Below, piece after piece: positions 27,797 to 41,339 of a DNA stretch of 64,000 nt. The notes under the pieces were generated by a model. That model saw nothing but the letters and a program-made list of their open reading frames with translations, ran no database searches and had not been told where the DNA came from. Position 1 is the first letter of the stretch. Every line of letters begins with the position of its first letter. The position numbers and the translations under genes are program-made. The stretch covers positions 1 to 64,000 of the forward strand of contig JBEWZL010000116.1 of assembly GCA_045837725.1 (NCBI GenBank), given 5' to 3'. This stretch comes from Vermamoeba vermiformis (taxonomy: Eukaryota).

Positions 27797-29466
27797 ATGG
27801 CCGATCAGACTTACCGAAGACTCGAATACGACCATTTTGGCAAGCCTACCGAAGTTTTGCACTTCAAAACCGTTAATGGCATTCCTGCGCCTAAAGAAGA
27901 CGAAGTAGTTATCAAGATGGTAGCTACTCCAGTGCATCCATCGGTCCTCATGCAAATTCAAGGTAAAAAAAGCCCAAACATCCCTCTCCAAATTAAATTA
28001 AAGATAGTAATTAAACAATATTTTTAATATTATTTCAATTCGTAAGCAAGTAGATATTTTTCTGTCAGATCAAGCTCTCGCATGACGTGTTCGGAGCACG
28101 ATTGTGATTCTATTTCATAGTATTGCAATGATAGCATCAACTAGTATTTCTAATCGCTGATATATAGGCCTTTATGGCGAGAAACCTCACGAGAGAAAAT
28201 TCCCAGCAGTCGCCGGTAACGAAGGTAACTTAAATTTGTCCTGCAAAAGCCTATTTCAATATCCTAATTAATTTGTATAATATAGGTGTCGGTATTGTTC
28301 ATGCCGTAGGATCAAATATGACCCACTTGAAAGTTGGTCAACGAGTGACCTTCATCGGAGGTGAGTAAATCCGAAAAGTTTTTCATTTGCAATTGAAATT
28401 CTAATAGAAGCAATTTTATTATAGACGGCCTTTGGTCTGAATACGTTGTTGCATCCAAGGCTTCACCAATCCTCCCTGTTCCAGATGCAGTTTCAGATGA
28501 GTTTGCTGCTCAATTTTATATCAACCCAATCACCGCTCACGTGATGCTAGTTGGTAAATATATACGACATATATTAATATAACGATATTAATATGCTTCA
28601 CAGAGGTGCTTAACCCGAAGCAAGGAGAATGGGTGATCCAATCCGCTGCTGGATCCACTCTTGGTCGCATGGCCATTCAAATCGCAAAGTACGTATCACT
28701 AAATATGATATCATAATTAATAGACGTCGCGTTTGACACCATTTATATGGTGTTTTCGCTCATCGAGGACACGTACTAATTGCTATTAATAGACACAAAG
28801 GCATCAACTTGATCAACTTGGTGCGTCGTCAAGAACAAGCTGATGAACTCAAACAATCACTCGGACAAGATGTACACGTGGTCGTGTTTGACGGCAAGAA
28901 TACAGATGAAGCAGTGAAGCAGATCCAAAGTATCACTGGTGGTAAAGGCATCAATTATGGTCTCGATGCTGTTGCTGGCACTACTACCGATCTGATGGTC
29001 AAGGCTGCTGCATTCCGTGCGACAATTTTAGTGTACGGAGTGATGGATTCTACCACTTGGAAGTTGAGCCCTGGCGAGGTCTTATTCAAGGAGACTAGAA
29101 TTCACGGTACGTTATTTTCTAAACCCCTAATAATATCGCAACACGTTATGCTAACTAGAAATTACATCGTTATAATGATTACTTTGGTTAAGTTTAAAAT
29201 ATTGATAGTGGATTCGGATCAAAAACCGTTCGTACCATCAGTGAATACTAATATCGTTCACATAAATAGGCTTTTGGTTGGCCAAGTGGTTCACAGACGT
29301 AGCGCCCGCTGAAGTTCAACGCGTGTTCGGTGAGATGTTCCAATTGATGGCCCAAAAAGTTGTGACACCTGTCACTGAAGCGACTTTCCCTCTCGACGAG
29401 TACGCTGCAGCCATCGAACGATCCACGAAAACAGGCAAGGGCGGCAAGGTGTTGATTAAATTCTAA
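27797..29466 (+). CDS. MDR-superfamily NADPH reductase, trans-2-enoyl-thioester reductase (ETR/MECR)/quinone reductase-like, copy 1
   Basis: ATPVHPS, FPAVAGNEGVG, GLWSEY, AAQFYINPITA, IQSAAGSTLG, INLVRRQEQ, LDAVAG, GKGGKVL. Confidence 0.9.
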
Positions 29467-29919
29467 ACGGAATTAAAAATAAACCGCAGTGTTGCTTGAC
29501 GAATTGTTTGCAAAGGCCGCATCCGCACGCCTCTTAGCGCCACTTCCACTCGACTTTTCTTCAAAGTCATAAATAATTCAATATCTTTATTAAGCTGCCT
29601 TATTAATCTAAATCTACTAGCTAGGTAAATAGTTGTTTCGGTACATCATTACTAGCGTACTGTACAAAAAAGAGGCTACACTGGGCGAACAAGCCAAATT
29701 ATACAATGTTTAATATGGTTTTTCAAATTATACGTATTATCGTAAAGTACAGGATGTCAGAATACATCGATACTCGAAAATAAATTAAGGAGTCGCTCCG
29801 CGGGAGCCGGGGAAAGAAATGTCATTAATTCCGCTCCGCGAAAGATATAAAGCTTTTTTTTGTTTAAAGCTTCATTTATTTAGTGTGTTTGAGTTGGATC
29901 GATTTTACTATTGTAAAAA

Positions 29920-31513
29920 CTTCAGCACCTGTTGAGTTTGACCATTACAATAGAGCCAAGAGTCGCACTACACTTGAGAACCATTACCGGCGTTCCTTCT
30001 CCATCAAATGTCTCGAGGTCATTGCTTCTCCTGTGCATCCGTCGGTTCTTGGAGCCATTTTAGGTCAGTTTTTTAAAATGAAGCATTTGATCAGTTTGAA
30101 AATAGCAGACGAACCTCATACTAGTAATTATGTTTTTTGTCCAATTAATAACGGATCTGGATCTACTCATCGGACGTGTCAATCTTGACAAGTAATAATT
30201 TTGTGAGATTACAATAAAAACTTATCTATAACGCAAGGAGAGGGATTAACAATAATTCAGGTATTTACGGCGAGAATGTACACGAGAAAAAGTTCCCGCT
30301 TGTACCGGGCAACGAAGGTAACTTTCAAGTATGATCCTGGATTAAATGACTAACAAAAAATATAATATGAAGGTGTCGGTACAATTCAAGCAGTTGGCTC
30401 GAACGTAGCCCATTTAAAGGTTGGCCAACGAGTGACTTTTGTCGGAGGTAATTTTAAAATTGCGGCGTAATTACATTATTGAGCTAATAGGCATTTGCAA
30501 TTATAGAGGGTATTTGGTCCGAGTATACAGTCCTCAATAAGGCCGCACCGATCATCCCTGTTCCGGATGCAGTTTCAGATGAGTTTGCCGCTCAATTCTT
30601 TGTCAATCCGCTTACTGCTTATGTCATGTTGCTTGGTAAATCTAATAATAACGAGCAATTTCCAGATTATTAATACGATTGGCAGATATCCTCAAGCCTA
30701 AGGAAGGAGAATGGGTGATCCAATCCGCCGCTGGATCCACTCTTGGTCGCATGGTGATCCAACTGGCTAAGTAAGAAGAAATGACCAATCATACACTTTA
30801 CTCACAAGTGCCCAGCAATACTTGCACAGTTTAAGGCGATGACATTTTGACATTTTTGACACGCGGAGTGTTCATCGCTCTTCAATACTAATCGTTGTCA
30901 ATAGGCACAAAGGCATTAACTTGATCAACTTGGTGCGCCGTCAAGAACAAGCTGATGAACTCAAACAATCACTCGGACAAAATGTACACGTGGTCGTGTT
31001 TGATGGCAAGAATACAGATGAAGCAGTGAAGCAGATCCAAAGTATCACTGGTGGAAAAGGCATCAATTATGGTCTCGATGCTGTTGCTGGTACAACGACC
31101 AATCTTATGCTGAAAGCTGCTGGCTTCCGACCAACGATACTTGTGTACGGCCGACTAGACAGCACTGACTGGAACATAAGCCCTGGTGACTTTATATTTA
31201 GAGAAGCTAAGATTCAAGGTACACCTGCGCTTAGCATATCGTTGAAGTTTTTGATTTTTCTAAATTTCCAGATCCGATCTTGCGTGTAAAGAAATTCTAA
31301 CTTCGTATTTCAACAGCTTTTTGGCTAGTTAAGTGGTTTTCGCATACTTCACCAGCAGACATTCAACGCGTGTTCGGTGAGATGTTCCAATTGATGGCTC
31401 AAAAAGTTGTGACACCTGTCACTGAAGCAACTTTCCCCCTTGATGAGTACGCTGCAGCCATCGAACAATCCACGAAAACAGGCAAGGGCGGCAAGGTGTT
31501 GATTAAATTCTAA
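29920..31513 (+). pseudogene. MDR reductase copy 2 with degenerate first exon (probable pseudogene)
   Basis: Same exon structure as copy 1 and partly near-identical DNA. Exon 1 has no in-frame ATG, and the homologous peptide (EPRVALHLRTITGVPSP) sits in a shifted frame between VEFDHY and VIASPVHPS. Confidence 0.65.
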
Positions 31514-31883
31514 AAGGAATCAGAAATAAATGCTATGTTACAAGACGTATAGTTTGCAAAGTCATGCATCCAACCGGATCAACCTGAAACTTTCCGTTGG
31601 GCCGGAGTTTAACAACATGATACAGCAGAGCATATACGGCAGCAAATAGTAAGGAGTTTAAGACGTCTTAGTAGCAATGCTTAACTACGGATCAGAAAAT
31701 TATATTGCCGTGCAATCAATTAAAAATGCTGGAGAATCGTACGGCGTGAAAGCGTAAAAACTCAACAGTTCAATAAACTCCTCGCAATATTATTTTCTGA
31801 TATCGTGCTTTATATATTTATTTGAAGGTATTTTAGGTAATTTTTACTTGTGTACGGATCGGCTGTCCAGCTCCAAGAGAAAA

Positions 31884-34800
31884 TTAATGAATTTTCTTAG
31901 CTTTGACGACTTTCTTCGGATCGCCAGACTTCGCATCCGTAACAGCAGAGCTGGCTGCAGCGACGGCGGCTTTAGGCTTGATCTTGAAGGTACGAATGCC
32001 CAAATGCGTAGTTAATTGGTTAATGACGCCAACAATAAAGGACCAATAAACAACCATATATACAGCCACCAAAATGGGCAAAAAGATGGATTCAGGAATA
32101 ATGGGCTTCCTAGAAAATGATTAAAAAATGATTAATCGACAAGTTATAAGCCGGATCTACATCAAAATTAGATTTTTTGCATTCGTACGACTTTACCAAG
32201 TATATAAAAACGCAGTAGTTAAAAAAAGACGTCCGGATCTGCACATTTACGGCAAGATCTTAAAATAGTCTTGAGAACTCCAATTTGTAAAAATCGGATT
32301 TCAATTCTGGTGTCACATGATTATACTGCGTTCGATAATAAATCTCGCCGAAAACAAGTCGATAACTCAAAAAGACAGCAAAATTATCAATTTCTAAAAA
32401 AAGTAAAACTTTTGGGGTTTGCGAAGAAGGAAATAATGTATACTCTTTGTATTTTGATAATACTGGGCTTATATATGATGAAAGTACTTACGGAGCGAGA
32501 ACACCGTTCACGAATCCAAGCAAAGGGAAGATCAAGATAGGATTGTACCAAATAAAGTTCATCTTGCAAATGCGGCAAATCATGAGTTGGTCCTATAAGT
32601 ATTGGATATGGTTAATCGATATCGTGATTTGGTAATCAGTAAGTGTAAATGCGAGATCCGGATTGCGGACTTTGCTAAAAATGGAAAAATTCGGATTAAG
32701 GTAATTCTTTTGGTTACAATAAATCGGATTAATCCGGTGCAATTAACTTACGACTATATACGATGAAATGAAGCCATTGAGGACTAAGAACAATACAGGC
32801 TGGTTTTCAACGACGTTTGAGTGCGAGTAAAGACCCCAAGCCGATGCGAGACCGAGATGTGCAACGCACGGGAAAGCTTTGAGCACGGGGTCGAAAAGTA
32901 CGCCAAAGTTGAAATTTCCGAGCTTAGAATACTTGTTGATCACAAACTTGTATGTAACGAACACGCTAAGCAAAATGAAGAAAATTAGATCAAAGTTTTC
33001 AAAACCGCAAAAAACACAGAGATTAGTTCTAATCTTTGGTACCGATTGAATCGAATCAATGTGTTTGTTGACGGTTCGCTTAGATTTGATCCCAATGAGA
33101 TTTCTATAAATTTTTTGAACGGATGTAGGCCGTACTTACTTTGAGATAGCGGCCCAAATAGTGCCTGCAGCAATGAGGATGTTAACCAAGTCTCTAAGCT
33201 CCCAATCGAGGAAATGACTAACTGAAACAGCATTCAAAGGAGTTAACAGGGCAGTAACAAATCCGGGCAACACATCTCGGATCTTTTGCAAGTAGAAACT
33301 TTGACCTGACATTTTATCGTTAGAATCGATTGCTAACGGTATCTCTTATCGTACCAAAGAAGAAGCCAGCCATAATGAAGCCAATAATCGAGAGTTGAAC
33401 TTCAGTCGGATTCGCGTATTTGCCAAGGATTAATTCGTTGGTGTAGTACTCCTCCCAATGTGAAAAGAAAAAGGCTAAAGAGCCAACGATCAATTGCCAG
33501 AACATGTACCAGTGGCTTGAGCTCGTAGTAATCCATAAAGCAGGACCAGTTAACTACATCCAAAGAATCATTAGTAAAACTCGATTGAAACGATGCAACT
33601 AACAATGAAAATCGGTTACATCCCAAGTATCGAGTACAATAAATTATTTTACGGCATTAGAAACGTTAAAGATACGCTAGAAAGCTCGTGTAAAGCACGG
33701 ATGCGCTCCGGTGCCTTCGCCGAACGTTCACGAAGAGCTTTGTTTTATATTTAAGCCTTGCCATACTATTTTTAGGTATTGTTGATCTTGCGGATACGCA
33801 AAATCGAGAATTAAAAGCTATTGAATAGCGGGATATGATGCAAGACGTTTTGCGCGCGGATCCAATTTCGGCTTTGTGCTTCGTCTGTAAGCCTTAAGTA
33901 ACGAATTTTTGTCGGAATTTTAGCTACACAAACGATAGCCATACAAGTCAACAAAAGATATGCACCGCCGTTTACATGTTTGATTATTAGCATGCTTTTA
34001 ATTGGATCCGCATCCAACCCGCACGATTAACTAGAATCAAATAGCAACTGTAAAATATTGATATAAATATTTGGCTTGGTATATTGGCACAGAATTTTCT
34101 GTACGCGATTTCAAAATTCGAGATCTCAACCCGCTAAAATAAATTTTGATACAATTCGCAACGACACCAAAAATAGCGGTAAGCTCGGAATTACAATCGA
34201 TCTTGTATTCTATTGCAAAATCTGGTATATCTATCAATCTATTGGAATAATTCAAGACTTACCAGGACGAACAATGTATCAGTACCTGAAAAATTAAAAG
34301 TACTATTAGCACCGCTGTAAATATGAATCTATTGCACTGCCTCGATGAAAGCAAATTAACTTTAGTAGTAGTACTACTATTAATACAATAAGCTTAATCT
34401 ATCTATGAATTGAAAGCGGAAAAATTTTGACAGATCGGGTTGTTTTCACAGATATTTTCAGACTTACCATGATCAAAAAGTTCACCAAGCGGAGATGAAG
34501 ACCCAGTTCTACGCGCCTATAATAAAATGGACTATATTAGTTTCGTGTTGAATACTTTCTAAGCGCGAATCTGGGACGCGTACCTGCTTGCCATCTACGT
34601 TGTCGAAAGTTTGATACAAAAAGATATTCGTGCTCCAAAATAAGTACATCCACCATGGCACTTGACCAGTTAATGTAGGAAAATAATATACACTTAGCAA
34701 GAAGTTGGAAACTAAGCAAAGAAATCCGAGTAGTGTCACCTGAGCAAAATTATGGTTAAGCAAACAACGAATAATTACTGTGGATATAATTTAAATAATA

Positions 34801-35206
34801 TTTTGACTCGTGGAATAATATTTAAAAATTATTAGGCACTGGTATAATGTCATTTAACAGGATCGGGTCCTCAATTGAAAAATGCCTCCATCAATGCAAC
34901 CAGGAGAACTCTGTATTAAATTAAATAATATGCCGCTTACCAAGTTCGGGCTGTCAAAAAACAACGGTTAGCACGAGATCCGAGCGCAAAAAAGAAAATA
35001 TCGAGTAAATTAATTTTATGAACAACCCTAACAAAATTAAACAATTATCTGCTTAGTACTTACGCAAACCACGTAGGAAAAAATGTTTCAGTCACCCAGG
35101 TCCAATAGTGTTTCATAAACAGATTTGCCAGGAACGAGTTGTCGACACCCGTGTATTTATATTGACTCAGAGCGTTAAGCCCGTCTTTAGTTATATATTT
35201 TACCAT
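31884..35206 (-). CDS. Choline/ethanolamine phosphotransferase (CDP-alcohol phosphatidyltransferase, CEPT1/EPT1 family)
   Basis: [58 protein letters not shown]...NPTE; multiple TMs; C-terminal KKIH ER-retrieval-like motif. Confidence 0.93.
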
Positions 35207-36443
35207 TTTTGTATCGTCAGTTGTTTCTGCTGTTGATCTGCGCACTAACGAAAATTGAAAAATAAATTATTTATTTATTTTCTGTTTTATTCGTTATGAA
35301 GCAACAGTAACAGTATTAATACTCCTGTTCGATTAGCTACAAGATTAATGGTACTTTACTACTTTGAATGCTAACGTTATCTCGCAGCGTTCTGAAAGGG
35401 ACTTTTTGAATCCGAACGGGACTCGCAAAATAACCACAAATTTCAATATTCATAAACAGGATGGCATTAGAATAGAGATAATATTGCGAGGTGATGGAGC
35501 GTGGTTTCGCTGGCAACTAAAATTGTGGTGAGGAAGATTTGAAAGGATTAGTAACCAACCTAGGACTAGTTGAAAGGTGACGTTTAAGTAATGCCAATAA
35601 TCTTCGTCTACCGAGGACATATTGCGGAAATAATAGAACACGCGTGCAGATTTGAAAAGCACGCTGAAATCCGAGGCATCTAGATTAATCTATCCTATCC
35701 TTAATATTGCAATGACGTCATTTCTGAAATTGATTCGTTTCTTTTTAACCTCGCGTAGAGCTACCGTAACAACATGTCCAGAGTTTGCCAAGGCAACAAC
35801 TACGAATTCAAAATTGCCAGATCTTTGTCGCTTCGTTGTAAGACTTCAAGGCTCGTTCCGCTTTTACAGATGTAAGTCAAATTCTCAATTTATTGCGTTG
35901 GGCTTTAACGCCGCCGTTAAATCGCTCAAGTTTCGGTTAATTTTAGACTTCGGTAGATAGATCCGCCGCCACTCGTTAAATTAAATTCTGCTAATAGGAG
36001 TTCTTAGGTGGAACTCCATAAGGTTTCTTGTTGCTTTTAATAGCTCACTAGCTGTTAAATCAAATTATTCACTGAACGACTGTCTGAATTAGTACATCAC
36101 GGCGACAAATTATTCCTGCAGGAATAATTGGGAACCGTCAATTTTGATTGAATTCGGAAAATACCGTACGGTTAAATCCTCTCAGTACTCGTACTGTTTG
36201 AAATATGAGTAAGTAGTACTCCGGATAATTTTAATTCTTGGGATATTTATAGCGAATGGGAGTGGATCCAAACTCCATTGTGAATGCCGACAACAATGTG
36301 AAGTCATGATAGGATAGGTTATGTTTAAACTTATGTCTTTAATCATACACTGTACATTAACCACTTGATTACAAATATTAACATTGCCAAAAAAAGCGTC
36401 AAGCAGCCGGGTAAAATACAAAACGTTAAGATAGGATTCTATT

Positions 36444-37518
36444 TCACGGCGAATCTTCATACAGCTCGTGACTTGATCCGTGGGATCCTGAAGCAATTTA
36501 AATTAGCAAAGGTTTCACTATTACCATAAAAGGACATCAATTTCGATTTTGAAATCTATGCAGGTTTTCGTCCGAGTATACAAATCTTGCAAACATGCGA
36601 GATTACAAAGCAGATCCAGTATAGTAATTTAACTTACCCCTCGTCATGACTGTGCTCATAGGCGACCGGTCAGATTTCGGAGACTGCGCGGACTCTTCGT
36701 TCATGATTTCCTGAATGATGTCGCAGATCTTGCGTTCCAAAGCACTCCAGCCGTTTGTCCTAGCTTTGCTATTCATATACAAGCTAAGAGTAGATGGACT
36801 AAAGATTAAAAGTCGATTAGGAACTTTTCGCGAGCAAGGTTTAAGAAAGTGGACCATACCTAACGCCAAGCTTGGCAGAGATATCCTTTTGAAATATCTT
36901 TTGCGAGTCGATGAGCTCACGCAGTTGTTTAATGATGCTAGGATCAGGAACTTTAGATAGGGGCTTCTTCTGTGTCGGCAAGGAAATGTCGGATGTGTTA
37001 TTGTGAGCCGGGGAATGGAGAGGGCTCTCCACGTCTGCCATCGGCGACACTATTACTGTCTTGTAGACGTCCTTTTCGTCGGCGCGCTTTCCCGTAGGGC
37101 TAGGCTGGACAGCGATTTGATTTTGACTTTGAAGAGATTGCATCCTTCCAGATCTTGTAGAATAATCTGGAACGCTGGTGTAGTAATCGATGCTGTTGTA
37201 TGGAGAATATTGTTCGGCTTCATATCGAGGAGAGTCGAGGGCGCAGCAGTCGTCATTGAAGTTTTGCTGTTGAACAAAATAGAACTCCGTTTCGTAGTCG
37301 TAATGAAAGTCGCTGTTATTATAAAAGGCTTGAAATGTTCGGAAAGCAGGCGAGTATCGACTTTCAGCGAAGTACAAAGGTACGCTGCTAGTTACTGGAA
37401 TGGGATCGAGCAACGAGTAACAATGAAGATCTTCTGTACCACAGCTAGACGACGTTCGTTGCTTCTTGTAAGCAGATCCGCAATCAACTTCGAATGTTTC
37501 TTGCACTCTTCGTTTCAT
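36444..37518 (-). CDS. Putative transcription factor with lambda-repressor-like (Cro/C1) HTH, paralog A
   Basis: Splicing exon 1 to exon 2 gives PDPSIIKQLRELIDSQKIFQKDISAKLGVSPSTLSLYMNSKARTNGWSALERKI. Tyr/Ser/acidic low-complexity N-terminus with basic NLS-like motifs. The last exon is tentative. Confidence 0.7.
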
Positions 37519-37977
37519 TTTTGCTATATATCAATCAACTCCTTCGTGGGAAATAGATATGTGGTTTCCACTAATTGGCAAATTCAAAATTGAGCGACAA
37601 ACGCTTAAACAATTTTTATTCCTTCTGTGCGGGCCATTGAATACCAAATTTCCGAGTGCAAAATCAGCTCTAAAAATAGTTAAGCCCAATTAGTAAAAAC
37701 AGTTTTTTCATTAATGACGCACTCTTGTCACACGATAGACGAGGATGAAGATTTCGTCCGTAATAAGTAACTCCAGAGTCATACTCGGAGATTGTCGGAC
37801 GAGATAAATTTTTAGGGTTTTGACGCAGATCTGAAGGGTAGTTCGTCTTTCACCGAACCGTAAACTGTTTGCTGTCAGTTCTTCTCTTTGCTGTAATTTA
37901 CCCTACGATGGACTTAAGGTTCTCTTTGGTGGCTTTCGACGGAAGTAGTTTAAAAAACCATTCAGCGCATCTTCGTC

Positions 37978-39796
37978 ATGGAAGAGAACAACAAACCAAA
38001 TATTGATAACCCAAATCAGTCGAAGGGAAATGACAAACAAGTAGCTTCGCGCCGGGTATGAAGCATTTTATCCTTAAAGCATTTGTAAGGGATCGGTATT
38101 TAATTTTTTTATTAATTTTCCGGCAACCTCAATTATGCCCACAAAAATTGCCAATTATACCGTACACTCTGTGAGCTTACTTGCATCTGCGATACTTATT
38201 TTTAGAATTTTTGACCAATAGATCTCATAATTTTTTTTGTTTCAAGGCCAAAACAGCAAAGTTAGCAGCTTTTTCTGTCGAGGAAAGGTTTGCAAAAAAT
38301 GCAGAAGAAACATTGGCACATAAAAAAAAGCTCATAGATAAAGGCTTTCAATGCAGCAAATGTTGGATGATAAAGCGCGTCTGCATCTGCGAAAAAATGC
38401 CGAAAGACGTGAAGCTAAAGAACAATGTCATTATATACATGCATTTTAAAGGTAATGCAATTATACCATCGCAAATTACTCCGCTGTACTGACTTCGTAA
38501 CATAACAGAATTTGGCCGATCGTCAAACACGGGCTTAGATCTTACAAACGCGTGCCCAAACGCTAAACTATTGCTTTGCGGAATCCCAGAACACGAGAAG
38601 ACATTGCACGATATAATGTACAAGAAGAGCGAAGATAAAGAAGCGAGTACAAATGGCGAAGATCAGTTGACCTTCAATGAAAACACTTTTGTGCTGTTTC
38701 CGTCAAACGACTCGGTGACAATATCCTTTCATGAACTACACAATACTCAAAACGCAATGAGATCAATCGACGATTGATTTGTGTTCTACGGAAAATATTA
38801 ACTCCTTAACGTTTCGTTTTGCACGCGCAGGAGTTCCTCGATAAGCTACGCGCAAATAAGAAAAAGAAAGAAGAAGTCAATACGAGTACCAACAATAATA
38901 ATAACGACGAAGAAGAAAGTTTGGAACCTGCTGCAAAGAGGCGGAGAATCGAAGTGGATCCGGTCAATGTCATCGTGCTGGATGCGACATGGAATCAAGC
39001 AAGAGCTTTGTATAAGCGCCTACCGACAGGGTTACCCAAGTAAGCATCGTTTATACTTTTGCGAGTTTCATAGGACACATTTAAATGGAGTTGTCCGCGT
39101 GCCAAATATAGCACCAACAACGATTTTTGACACACGAAAAAATGTTAATTTATCCTTTGTCTAATTATTACTTGGCAATTGAAATCAATTTTCAGAAAAG
39201 ATATCGATGCTGGTATCATACTCGCGGATTGTAATTTTGATATAGATTTGTGTCCGTTAATATCTCTTGGGATTTTATAAACGTTGTTTGTTGCGCTTAT
39301 AAAACCTTAATATGTATACCTGAATTGCCGCTTCACTGAAAACCGAGTTTAACATTTTGAAAACGCGAAATTCAATCTAACTAAACTAACTCCGTATTTG
39401 TTTATTCAGAGTACGTTTGTCCGAAACGAAAGAAACGATCTCGCATCTGCGGAAGCAAACTGTAGAGGGAAGAGTAACTACAGCAGAGGCAACATTACTA
39501 TTGCTCGAGGTAAGTTCATGAAAGGACCATTATACCGTATCTAGGAGTTCGGTTCAAATTAGTGTTCAATTTCAGATCAGAAACTTTCCATATAAGTCAA
39601 GTGTAGGATTCGCAATTAATAAACTCATTGTTTGTGTTTGTCACAGGAACTCGGCGAAGATAAAGAGGAGCTTTCAAAGCTATGGCAAGGATTGAAGCAC
39701 CGCATTGCCGCGGTGGATTCTGCTACCGGACGGAAGAATGAACATTCGGAGGACGAACCGGAGCACAACGAAGAAGTAAGCAACAATGTCAAATAA
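37978..39796 (+). CDS. DTW-domain tRNA-uridine aminocarboxypropyltransferase (TapT/DTWD2-like)
   Basis: CSKCWMIKRVCIC, MHFKEFGRSSNTG, VLFPSNDS, IVLDATWNQARALY, LRKQTVEGRVTTAEA. Confidence 0.9.
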
Positions 39797-40127
39797 ATGC
39801 GCTTCATTAGCGTTCCCTAGTAATCATGCTAAACTCCATAGCTTTCGTTTTTTAATCCAAATTAAGATTGCTATTTTTAGCAAAAACTTTCAGTACTTGT
39901 TGAACAGCTCGGTTGTGCTCATACTATGACGGTATGGTCTCATATTAATGGTTGATATCAAGAAGGAACCTTCCTGTGCGCACGGAATACAATATGAGTG
40001 ATCTTTGTTCATTTTTCCTAAAAAGGAAACTTTGTTTAGTTTTCAAGCCGAACTTCGCCAACAAAAAACCATTAATTTTTGCGCAACATAGTGATAACCA
40101 CAACTCATACAACTCCAATTATCAATA

Positions 40128-40889
40128 ATGACCGAAGCACCCCGCAAGAGACAAAAGCTTGCTCCAACACCCGAGCAGCAAACCATCAAACAATTTACCT
40201 CAGATTTTAAAGTCAAACTTGACAACCCGAGGAGTAGAGCGGCGCCGCGGCCACCTTCGCCTGAATCTCAACCTTTTAGAGAATGCCTCGTTCATTGGCG
40301 CGTCACCAATAAAGTCAGAAAACATAAAAAGAGCAATCCCGAAGATGAACCACAAGCTCGATCCCCGTCGCCAACTCAAACTGCCGATGCTCAACAATCT
40401 TATTATAATGAACGAAAGGTATGCCTTTGTACTATTCTGGAGGCTTCCACGTCAGATCTTCAAGACTTTTCTGATTTCCTATTTTTACTATTAAGGGAAT
40501 CGTAAAAGTAACATTCTAAGAACTACCTAGAGCGCTTACTAATTAAAATTATTAACTAGAGCTCCATCCATTCATTGCTGAACCATGACGAAGTTTCTCC
40601 GCCAGTTACCGTGGCTCTTCCTTCAGTTCCGGTTATTCAACCTATTTTCGAATCTACGTTTAGCATCCCAATAGGAAGGCCCGCCGACATTAGGTAATCA
40701 TCAATCGCGTCATTAAAATCAAAAAGCAATACTTATTAACCTTTTTAATTATCGTTTAGTGTCGTGACCTCAAGCCCGGAAAAAATTAATACGCGGATGC
40801 CGCAGCCACTGCTAGGAACAAAGCGCAAGGCCTCGGAAGTTGACTTTTTTGAGTTCATTTTGCAATGCCAGGAGCAGCAAACTGTTTAA
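40128..40889 (+). CDS. Small nuclear hypothetical protein
   Basis: Three exons; NLS-like PRKRQK and KRK; SIHSLLN short motif; ends FFEFILQCQEQQTV*. Confidence 0.6.
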
Positions 40890-41339
40890 TCTAGTGGAGA
40901 GAACTCCGTACAAAATGCACGAGTTGCCTTAAAAGGAAATTCAATGTAAAATAGAACTCCAAAGCCCCATAATAATGTAAATACAATGTCCTATATGTAA
41001 ATATAATACCTTGCTATAATATCATGCTTCTAGTCCTATCTTTGTTGCACAAATTCAAACTTCGAACTTTCCGGTTCGAAGCTTCCATAAAAGAAGATTC
41101 TCAATCTCGAATTGCCGCGGGTAAAGAAACAGAATAATAAGCTCTTCTGGAATATACTCAGAGTTCTCATGATTCGATTTCGATCGGTCAGGATTAATTT
41201 TTGGAGCACATGTTGCTTCATTGTGTACACGCGTAAAATTTCATTCTTTTAGCTCAATTTTATTGTTCGCTCTTGTTACGACTACGTGCCATAAATAGAG
41301 GCACTTTAAATAAGATATTTATATTGAATTAAAGGTAAA

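Noticed and set aside
31884-32110. Selenocysteine recoding as in vertebrate SELENOI/EPT1
   Set aside because: The last exon ends in TAA after KKIH with no in-frame TGA.
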